Shown in pieces: positions 1 to 10,400 of a DNA stretch of 64,000 bases. The DNA comes from Phallusia mammillata (Eukaryota). The stretch is from positions 4,712,001 to 4,776,000 of the forward strand of contig OZ281495.1 of NCBI GenBank assembly GCA_965637545.1, read 5' to 3'. The notes below the pieces were generated by a model, which ran no database searches, was not told where the DNA came from, and worked only from the letters and a program-made list of their open reading frames with translations. The position numbers and the translations under genes are program-made. Position 1 is the first letter of the stretch; each line of letters opens with the position of its first letter.

Positions 1-211
1 TATTTTGTACATTGTTGCATCATTGTAGGCCATTGTTTCCACACAAAGCAATATAGCACAGTTGACTCTTTCACTTTGCTACACTGTATATCTGTTTCCT
101 ATTTATTACAATTTTGTTTTTTAATGTAGTTAAGTCGTATTAATGCATATTTCACTTTTTAATCACACAATGTCTTTTCTTGTCATGTTACACCGTAACA
201 AATGTGTTGAT

Positions 212-279
212 AGTGTGGCCCCCGACTTACTTACAAGTTTGTTTTTGGCCCCCAAACCAGTTTGAGTTTGAGACCCCTG
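212..279 (-). mobile_element. Terminal fragment of a hAT-type MITE (same family as 58955-59166)
   Basis: Its reverse complement caggggtctcaaactc...ggccaaaaacaaactt.taagtaagtcg aligns with the start of the 58955 element. Confidence 0.6.
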
Positions 280-305
280 GCCTATACGGTCATTGTTTTG
301 TGACC

Positions 306-357
306 AGCTGCACTGATTAGACCATGTAGACAGAAATAATTTGTACTGCCTGCAGCT
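306..357 (+). ncRNA. Degenerate H1 hammerhead motif
   Basis: AGCTGCA-CTGATTA-GACC...-C-TGCAGCT: stem I is intact, but the core (CUGAUUA) and stems II/III are mutated. Confidence 0.55.
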
Positions 358-974
358 AATTCATTGATGTAATTCTTCAATAAATTTACATTTGCTTTTT
401 TCTGTTTTGCAACGAAGAAAAGGTATTACTTTAAATTGCAGCAGACAAACGCGGTGTAGTCTTATTCAAATGTAAACAAACGATTGACGTCATTTCCTAT
501 ACCATAACGCTTATCAACGACTTAAGACTGTTATTTGGTTGAGTCAGTGAGGTTACTGGTATTTCATATTGTGTTGAGTTGTAGCCACATCTCTACTTGA
601 TTTCCTGATTGCAGATAATTAACACTGAGCCTGGTATCCACCCTTACTATGGGCCTTGTTATACATTTTCATTTCCGCAAAAGACTTAATGGCTTTGTTG
701 GGTTTGAAAAATGTGCTCGATTGGGATTTGGTCACTTTGTAAAGCTAGATCGCAACTCGTTTAAAACAAATATTTTAGCGACTAGAGCTCAAATGTGCAG
801 TGACGTAACTATGACTATGTTATGACGTAGGCTACTTCAGTTTATCCGCAGCGGCACCGAAAGGCCGTTACGGGAAAAACTACAACTTCAAAATTAATGA
901 CCCGTTTACATGTTGTTAGTAGTTTCGGGTTTCTTCTTATTTTTTTTTTGTAAAAACAAGTCTATACTTCCTAC

Positions 975-1603
975 CGTCGCCATTTGAGTCGATTCCTTTT
1001 AAGCATTCCGTACATTCCTGTTCTGATACTTCGATGTTACAAGCCTGATAAGAAAACAACTTAGTGTAAGCAATTGACAACAAACAAGCGGCAATCACGC
1101 TCATTATTACGTGTTATAGTAAACAACGCTGAGCTAATTTCCAAATAAACAATGAAAATTGATCACATTAACCCAGCTGTTTGCAATCTTTTTCTTTAAA
1201 TCAATCGCCACATTTTAATCCACATAAAAAAGAGAGTATTTCACATAACAAGCTAATTCTTAAAACTCATATGCAATTTTAAGAATTAGGATTGCTTAAA
1301 TCAAATCATAATTTTACTCTAATGTAAAACCATTTGCACATTCAACCCCATATTAAAACAGAGAAAGTACTGCACAAACTTACAACTCTTGCTAATATGT
1401 TACATGTTTCAAGTTGCTGTGTAAATGTACGATGTTATTTTACAATTTAAAATCAATTAACAACGCCGAACCTTTAGCAAAGTTAGAACTTCATTATGTT
1501 CCAGCGTACCACTTCTATCTTCATCAAATTTTCGGAATATCTTGTAAGTTGAACGAAGGACTTTATCTAAATCCATAATAACAGATCGCAGGTCGCTTTT
1601 CAT
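975..1603 (-). CDS. Small EF-hand calcium-binding protein (two EF-hands, calmodulin-lobe-like); 3' exon(s) unresolved
   Basis: Exon 1472-1603 gives MKSDLRSVIMDLDKVLRSTYKIFRKFDEDRSGTLEHNEVLTLLK (canonical loop DEDRSGTLEHNE; in-frame TAA upstream; GT donor at 1471-1470). Exon 975-1044 (acceptor ttcttatcag, donor GTAGGA) gives ACNIEVSEQECTECLKGIDSNGD-G, the start of a second EF loop. Phases join in frame. Not in the ORF track. Confidence 0.78.
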
Positions 1604-3227
1604 CCCTGCGTTATGAGCTATCAGTTATGATTCAAAGTTTGCATCAACTGACTATAGTGCGGAAGTTGGCGTGAAGTGAGTGGGCTGCGGCAAGCAACAA
1701 ACAACGAGTAAATAAAGTTGACTCCAATTAAAAGAAATATAACTCAAGCCAACCCACACTGCAATAAAACCACATTATAAAACCATATTGTTAAAATACC
1801 TAATTCCCCAATTTTTGAAGATAGTTTAGTTGTAAACAGTTTAACTTCTGAGATAGCTAATTATAAATACAGATACATAAATAATGTAGCCTACACAGAT
1901 ACCGACACACTTATATATAACTTATATGCATGTATGTCAGTTGGAAAAATTTAGGTTTTTAAACGAAGCCTAAAGATTCATAATTGCCTAATCTGCTCTT
2001 CAACACTATATAACTTAATCAGAATACTTTCAATCTTTCTATCAGATTCCTGTTTTGCCGACAGTGGCAAAAGTTGTAATTACGCATATACGCAAATCAG
2101 AAGTAATATATTACTTATTGAAATATGGTCTAACTATAAACCAGTCCAATAATACACTAGGTATAAGTAAGTTATTCTGCATATGTACAGCTATACTTCC
2201 CAGGATCTATTGAAAGTCCAGTCCAGCGTATAATCTGACACTAACACAATGGGATGCTTATAGTACGCATTCCTATCATGGGACAACTAAGTCAACCCTT
2301 ATTAATCATTTATACTAAACTTAGGCTAGGTAGGTCAGGTCTCCTGTTCATGTGTTTTATTATAAATGTTCTGACTAATTTTCAACGCCTTTCTTGGTTT
2401 GATGTCCCCTGAACGATTGCAGCCAGGAATGCAACGAAACTAAAGGTTCGGATGAATCAGACCAAACTATAAGACTTATTCTGATTAATGTTTTTAACTG
2501 AACCCAATGTGATTAATACACCGTAATTTACAACTTAACACTTCAAATCAACTCTTGATAAAACATATACGAAACTGAACATCTAACATCTTGCAGACGA
2601 AATAGTTGATTTTTAATCATTAGGTGCTAACACTATGCAACTAAATATGTTAATTTCTGCAAATTTTATAAAATTTGAATCAAAGCACATGTCAAATTCA
2701 AGGCATTACTATTTGCAACCTAATAGACAACAATCCTATGCCAAAACATACTTGCACAAATTGACATCGTCGGACTTTTTGCAATCAACGCAGTCGCTGT
2801 GGAATTGAAGTCAAAAAAATGCAATAAAACAAAGTACGCATCGATTCCATGCTCTTTTGTTAATTGCCAATTGGAAAAGCAAAGTTAAATTGGGTTTACG
2901 TTGGGATAAACTGCGTTGGTTGTGTGCAAAATAACCTGATGTATGTTTAGGTTAATAAAGATAAATTAAATGCGTTAAGTTTTGTTGATGTCCTTTGTGA
3001 CAACAGACTTATTAGAAGCATGACGCATTAAAGCGTTGTTTCGCCCACAATAAAAAGGAAATAAAACAATGCATTGTTCTGCGCGGGTTGCCATCAGTTC
3101 CACGGTTCCATTAGTTGCTTGCATCAAACAAATTGATGTCATCAATTTAATGCAATTTTTTTTTTGATGTATTTTTTTATTATCTGATGGTCTTAAAATT
3201 AAAACCTCATGCTTTTTTGCCGCAAAG

Positions 3228-3320
3228 GTACTTAACTCAACTTAATTTCACACGAACTAACTCAACACAACTCAAATAAGCTCCGCACAACAAAACTTAA
3301 CTAAACTTAACCAAGGTAAA
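3228..3320. repeat. Degenerate pentamer (AACTY-like) microsatellite
   Basis: Repeated aactt/aactc/aacta units; similar short runs at ~3445-3470 and ~22838-22868. Confidence 0.55.
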
Positions 3321-4158
3321 CTTTTAACAACCACAACATTTGACCTTTAATTACTTGAACGTTTCCACCTTTTAATACGTTTTTTCCTGCTTGTTTGTTG
3401 CTAAAGTGCATTTCAGCTAGCATGGTTTCTTATATCTGAAAAATGAACTGAACCGAACTGACTGAAGCGAAACCGGACGCTGTGGGTTTTTAATTTACAT
3501 GATATGACGTCGGTAGATGATAAATAATTTATAGGTTTGCTTTATGCAAGAGGGAATATTTATTTCAAACTGTTGCTTTTGCATAAAAGCTGTTTTGGTA
3601 TTCTTAATTGTTTTTCATAATATTGGTTTTGATACTTGAAATCTGATGCATAAAACAATACTGATAACAAGATTGTAAAAAAGCCATATTAATAGACGCG
3701 AACAATAGCAAATAACTGTTGAATCAAAAAAATGGTTTCGTTTTTTTGTAATTTAACTGCTGCGTAAATCCAACATGGTCACGAAAAGCTGGTTGTCTAA
3801 ACAACACAACATTTTTATAAATGACATTTGGTTCAATAATTGGCTAAAAAATAAAAACAGCATGAAGTCATGGCGTGTTGACTAATTTAAAAATCTTAAC
3901 GATACTCATACATATTAGCTTGAACTTGCCAGTAGACCAATGTTCAAAGATGTTGTTTTTTTTGACAAAATTAAAGTCATATTTCTTCCAAACTCTAAAA
4001 TGTCTTGAAGTTCTCTGTCAAAACATGAATATTTAAGGAATGTAAGCCTCAGGCGTCAGCCTAGGGTGGGAAAATTGACGGAGTGAAGCTGGCGACAATC
4101 ATTAGTATTTCACAGTAAAGCTAAAACACAAAAATATCGGGCTAGTAAGTTATAAGTA

Positions 4159-4315
4159 AGCTGCAGACAGTGCACCTAACAGGCTAATAAAACTCAACAA
4201 ATCTGATGACTGGCAGGGTACTTAAATTGCCAAGCCCGGTTACACAAGAATATGAGTCCAACGTTTGTCACCAGCTACACCCAGGAGACCTTGTGGGTCA
4301 AACAATGTGCACTGT
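4159..4315. mobile_element. Older, eroded copy of the palindromic H1 twin-hammerhead element
   Basis: agctgcagacagtgcac (4159-4175, minus-strand cleavage end) and AGCTACA-CCCAGGA-GACC-TTGTG-GGTC-AA-ACAATGTGCACTGT (4273-4315, plus strand). Confidence 0.5.
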
Positions 4316-6751
4316 TGAAATCTAACACAGTTTTAATAATTTCCTGGATTTCTTATGACTAAAATTGTTCACAAAAATAATCTCTTTCGAATTTTTTACT
4401 TTATATACATATATATTCGTTTTATGCTCTAACGCTAAAATGACCCAAGGATTGCGTTGGAAGAACTTGAAGACGTATTAAACGATCTTGGATGGAAACA
4501 TGATGAGGATCTCGGATGGAATCATTAGCGAAACTTTGGTTAGCACAATTGACTTCGGCCAATGTACAGTGTTTGACAATAAAACTTGCTTCCGTAACGA
4601 TAGAACGATTTGCATATATCAACAAACATATGTTCTTGCACTAAACGACACAAGGAAGTTAACCATACAGCAAGTACATTCATGCTTGTTTCCTTGGTGT
4701 CAACATTCTCTGGATGAAGCCAAGCTGCTGAGAGTTCCCATTGCAGCATCTGCACGACAAAACAGTATGTTTTTCAAATGACAACAACAACACATGCTCA
4801 AGCCACTCAAACTTTCATGAGTTTGTTGCAGTTTGTAACAAAAACAGTACTATGTTGTAAAAGATAGATAACTGGTTGTTTTGACCAAGTATCGTTTTTT
4901 GTTATTGCAAAACAGATGGTACTTTTCATAAGTACCCAAAACACAAAAGTAAGTTATAAACTGATTTGCAATATAATGTCTTCTTTAATCTTAACGGTTG
5001 AAATTATAACCAACGTGCAGATAAGTTGTTTCTTACGACAAAATTCAAGACACGGATGCAAAATTAAAACGTTTTAAAGTTGCCTTTCCGTAGGGACGCA
5101 CAAAAATTTGCTAATAATTGTTTATTCCTAACATCAAGATGACGTTATATATTACTCGGTAAAAGTCAAAATGGTAACTCAAACCTGGGGATTTTAGTCG
5201 ATTACAAAACGATAAAATGCTTCTTTAATTCCAGCACATATGCTTTACGAATGTCAGTGAGGAGTTCCGTCATTTATATGTAAATTAATTGTTAACATCC
5301 TTTTTAGGAAGGCGAGCTACGAGTTTCTATTGAGTCACTAACGTGTGACAAAACATATGTTTGGTGGAAATGCTGTTTGAAGGCTATAAAAACCCGCAAG
5401 TTTTGACTAACCATTTATTCCAAATAGTTTAAGATTTGAATATAAATCTGTACCCAAAAATGGATCGACGACTTTGTCTTGTGATTTTGATTGCAGTTGG
5501 ACTGATGTGTCTCATTCAAGAAGCTGAAGGCAGGTAAACACGGCTTTATTTACCGACAGTTTAAAGCGCCTAAAAGTAGACGGATCGGGTGACACAGAAG
5601 CATCGAGACATGAAATGATAAGTGTGCTACAGACAATCTAACCTGTTCCGATGTATAAATTTTCATCAGGGTATTTTGGTCCGTTATGGAAAAACTTGAA
5701 GACGTTTTACACGATCTTGAAGTAGAACGTGATCTGAACAACCTATGGCGGAATGACCAGGGCTTTCAACGAAAAACACTGGAATAGCAACTTTGTGAGG
5801 TAAACCTCGATCATAGATGGTGTTTAACAATAAAACTATGTCTGGCTTCTGTAATGAATTATTATTCCAAGGTTAAACGCGTTGTAACTTTTTTTAGGCT
5901 CAACGATGACCTGTAAAAAAGAAAAACAGCAAAATTACCCACGAAAAAAACCCTTTAATAAACACTTGCAATGCATTTCACACGTATTTCAATCTCAATA
6001 AGCAATGTCAAGAAAGTTATATAAAACAGAAGCAATATTTGTGCACTAAACAGTATCACATGAAAGAAGTTAGAAAGAAACCACGCGCGCAAGTTTAGGC
6101 TGTAGGAAAGTTCCGAAAAGCAACGTTTTTAACTTTAGGACATATAATCTGAGGCATTACCAACGACAAATAAACAACCGCTTAAACCTTCTCTTTACCT
6201 ACAGTCAAGCTAAGCAACAATTAAGAAAATGAAACAATCTTTGGGTCATCAAATTTACTAAGATTCAAAAATACTTTGCTCGCTAGAGTGTGCTGTCGAG
6301 CAAGGATACGTGATTACCCTCTCGTTCAAAAAACGCCTTTACAAACTTAGCGACACTTAGCTTTACTTTTCTCAAGTTGAATATCCGTATTTACCAACAA
6401 CATTATGTTAGACTCTGCATCTGCATGTAGTAACCTACATCTATGTCTTGCAAAGGTCTGATTGTAAAATTTAATATTGCTTCAAAATTTCTCGTTCAGT
6501 CCAAAAATTCACTCCTTAAAGTTTTCTCTTGGAACTTATTTAATGACGAATAAAACTCACAGCGTTTCGAGATACAAGTGTTTGGTACAGTAACACTATG
6601 ATACACAAACAAAAAGTGGCAAATTGTGTTGGGAACAAACACAAAACAAGCAACAAACAATAACAAAGTTGTTTACGATCCGAAACCTATGCCATATGAC
6701 CTTGTACAACCTTATAGCGTTTTTTGCTGCCATTTCAAACTTAATTCACAC

Positions 6752-7075
6752 CAGTGGTTTTCAACCGCGGGTCCGCCAAGTATATTACAATTATTACAAT
6801 CTCAATTGCAAAATGCAAGGTGTTGAAGGATCAGAAATCACGTGGAAGTCAACGCTCTACTTCGGCTTGCAGAAACATCATTAGAACCGCGTTTAACACG
6901 TATGATATCAAACATACAGCAGCAAACTTTTCATTAAATTTAATGTTTCATACTTTTTTTGAACTACATATTTTTGTCGTGGTTACATTTTGGGTTGATT
7001 TTGAAAGTCCACCGGTCGGCAAAGTTGGTTTTAAAAGTTTACCGGTCCGCAAGCTTAAAAGGTTGAGAACCACTG
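6752..7075. mobile_element. hAT-type MITE
   Basis: TIRs CAGTGGTTTTCAACC / GGTTGAGAACCACTG; flanks attcacac / atttactc (6/8 TSD). Confidence 0.7.
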
Positions 7076-7457
7076 ATTTACTCGACAAAGTTTAGATTGA
7101 TTTTGTGCAATGCAAAGGAATGGTAAACAACAAGTAAACAAAATTGAAGAAGTTGCACAGGCAAGTCTGTGTTTGTGTGAATTGAATTTGTAAACTTTGT
7201 TGGTTGTTTTCTTCTTTGTCAAAATAAGCAAGTTTTTTTAAAGTCATGAACATATTTTACGAAACTGTAGCTGCTGGAAATACATTGCAGTGCATATGTT
7301 TTAAAAATCGCTATTGTCATTATCAGTAGAATAACTGCATTTACTTTAGAAACTGTCGTTGGAAACTTTCAACAATTAATCACAAATCAAGCAAAACTGG
7401 CAATGTAAAGAAATGCTCAATAAAATGAAAAAAAGAAACTTTCTCACAAAGAGGAAG

Positions 7458-10400
7458 CTAATAAACACGATCCTGGATCCTGTAACATTCTGGAGGATGC
7501 GACTTCTTTCTCTTCCTGATAAAATCATGAACAGTTGCACGAAAACTGGGACGTCGTGTCTTCTCTCTGATAACCGAACTCTTCTTTAAACTCGGAGATG
7601 TCGGAGCAGAAGAGGTGGATGACCAGCTTGGATCGTTCGACCAGTGGCCATTTCCCATTGATGGGGATAAGGAAGAGTTAGAAGTGTGAAAACTGATCCT
7701 CCCGTCATCACTATCAGCTAGGGATGCGTTGGAAGATCGGATGCTTTCTCCAATAGTACACGTGGATGCAATGGATGTTTCTGAAATAGCGGGAGTTGGT
7801 CCAGGCGTTTGCCGGGAGTTTGAAGTGGAAGCAAGGTTTCCTTTGAAAAACTGCATCAGTAGATTCCCAGGAGGACTCTTCTTACTTTCTTCCGCCTTAA
7901 GTTTGTTCTTATTCCTCCTGCGTCCGTCCAGGAGAGGAGAAACTGGAGCACGGGTGCTTCCGAATCTCACCCAGCCGTTTTCCTGGTTTTCTGGGATGCC
8001 GTTCGGGAAGAAGCGGAATTTGTTTGAGGATGCGAGCAGAGGAGCAGATTTAGGGGGAATATTTGCAGCATCCGGAGAAATTCCTCCATCTTCAATTGCT
8101 TCTCCATCAGAATGAATTGAAATCTTTAAACATTTTTTATTCAATGAGGTTTTTCTCTGTGGATTCTTGTTATCATCCGCAGCAGATGAAGATTGAAAGT
8201 TCATCTCCGCTTCTTCAACACGCGACCGACTTTCACACAACGAGGGATTGGATGATAGAGAGGACTCGAAATTTGATGAAAACGGATCATCTTCAGCGGT
8301 GGAAAAATCGCTCAAATCGAAATTCTCATCCGTGCTTACTGACATTTTGTTTCCGTCAGATGACGCTCGAGATCTCGCTGAGTCATCATTAGGATTGCAG
8401 AAACGAGTTGCCATTGCACTGTCGATAGTGTGGTACTTGTTGTGTTGGTAGAGGCTAGTTTTTCGCGCAGGAGAAGAGCACCTCGGCATAGTGGACGCAG
8501 GGTCATTTTCTGCATCCGGTTTCTCATTAAGAGTCTCCAGTGACATGCACTTCGACTGGGGACGCTGAAAACCGTGTAAGGATTGATTTGTCTTTAGAGC
8601 GGAAACAGCGCTCCTCCTACTTCTCTTCCCTCCCTCCTGGAATGGATTCCCATTGTTGTTTCTATCGGATGACATTGACCAGCTTCGGAAGATGGGAGAA
8701 AAACCCTCGGAAGACTTCTCACTTCCCGGTGAAGTCTGCTTCTTATAGTGATCCCTTATCATGTGAGCTACTTGACTGAAGCTCTTTTTCCTGTTCCTCT
8801 TTGGAGTGGGAGTTGAGGAGTTGAGGAGAGTTTGATACCGGAGGCTAATGAGGCGGAATGCGAGGTGGAAAGCCTCCTCCGCGCGTTGGAAGGACTCGGC
8901 TGCGGATGTCTCCACAAAGTAGCAGGAGGAAAGTGTGTTGGCTATCCTCTCTCCTTCGGACCTTTTTACTTCTCTGTAAAGAAAATAAATCTTGAATTCG
9001 TGTTATGGATTTAGCTGATAGTATATGTATGACACATTAGCACATTTGATCATGTGTGGGGCCTATGGTTTCGTTGAAAATGATGGTGCAAGCATTACTA
9101 ACTTAGTACGTTTACTTTACTGTAAAGAATGTAAACATTTAATCTGTGTTCTGTTTTATGGCCTATAAGTTATGTTGTTTTTAACAATGTTTACAAGAAG
9201 CTTTATAGTACAGTAATGTATCCATGTTGATGGCGCAAGCAAAAACAATAAGTTCTGGTAAACTGTGCAAAAAACAAAACAAAAGCGGGATCCCAATCAA
9301 TCATATCGGCACGTTTTCAAGCTTATGGCAATTAGCAGATGATAACCAATAACAAACTTAATATCGTTTCAATCTATGCGCCAAGGTTATTTCTCATACT
9401 TAATCTGTGTGATCAAGCCCAAGTAAAACGATTAAGTTTTCACTTAAAACAAAATCAGGTTTAGAATTTTACTTAACGCCTGAGGCTGCTACGAGTCTAA
9501 TTTCTATCCTACAGGTCAGGGAAGAAATCAACATACATAATCTGTTTTAGACTCATTAAAACATAACATTTAAAAAGTTTAGGTTTTTTTTGTACCTGTA
9601 ATGATCTAAGTCACATTTATTTCCCACAAGCAATATGGGAGGCAGTCCGTTCTGGTTGGATGATTTCACGTGACTCAAGCGTATGTCATGGGCCAGTGAG
9701 CACGCATATTCGAATGAATCGCGACTGCAGACGCTGTACACAATCAGATAAGCGTCACATTTTCCAACATATTTCTTCAACGAAGTTTGATGATTCTGTA
9801 AAACAAAGTCACAAATATAATAACTCATGAACACTACACTTTATTTAATCATAAACATTACTGCCAAGGTACTGGTGTATATAGAATACATCGTTCAGAC
9901 GTTTCGATCGTCACTGAACCTGCACTGATGATGACAACAGAGATTGTCGAAACGTCTCAACGATGTATTATATATACACCAGTACCTTGGCAGTATTGTT
10001 TATGATTAAATAATAACTCATATTTCATAAATTAAACAATTACTAATGTAACAAACCCTAATTGTAAAATCAGTGGTTGCAATTCTGTGCTACTGGATCT
10101 GTTTTGGTGTTTAAAGTTGTGAGTAACATAACGTTAGTCAGCAAAACCGCATGGTCTATGCCAGAGGCCATTTAACACTGCTAAAGTCTGGAATTTATTC
10201 TGTTCCATCTCGCTTATATCAGTGTAGTTTTAATCATTTGGCCCCAAATCATAGTTGCATTCAATATCCTTTCGCTATTGTGGTATACCGTTGTTTGAAT
10301 ATAGTAGATGCGTTTGTATTAAAAATAGCCCAAGCTACTTTTGTATTAGAAGATGAACTACCACTATTACTAAACCAGCCAGTCTCTCTTTCAACGCTTT

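Noticed and set aside
615-692. Plus-strand IINTEPGIHPYYGPCYTFSFPQKT resembles the DEG/ENaC YGNCYTFN motif
   Set aside because: Only ~25 codons, closed by a stop with no donor and no other channel exons; likely chance.
4201-4240. CTGATGA followed by a GGCA/TGCC stem as another hammerhead
   Set aside because: No GAAA core or cleavage triplet follows; the isolated CTGATGA matches at ~5663 and ~23942 were dropped for the same reason.
7729-9014. Plus-strand ORFs of 60-128 aa
   Set aside because: Antisense shadows of the large GTPase exon.
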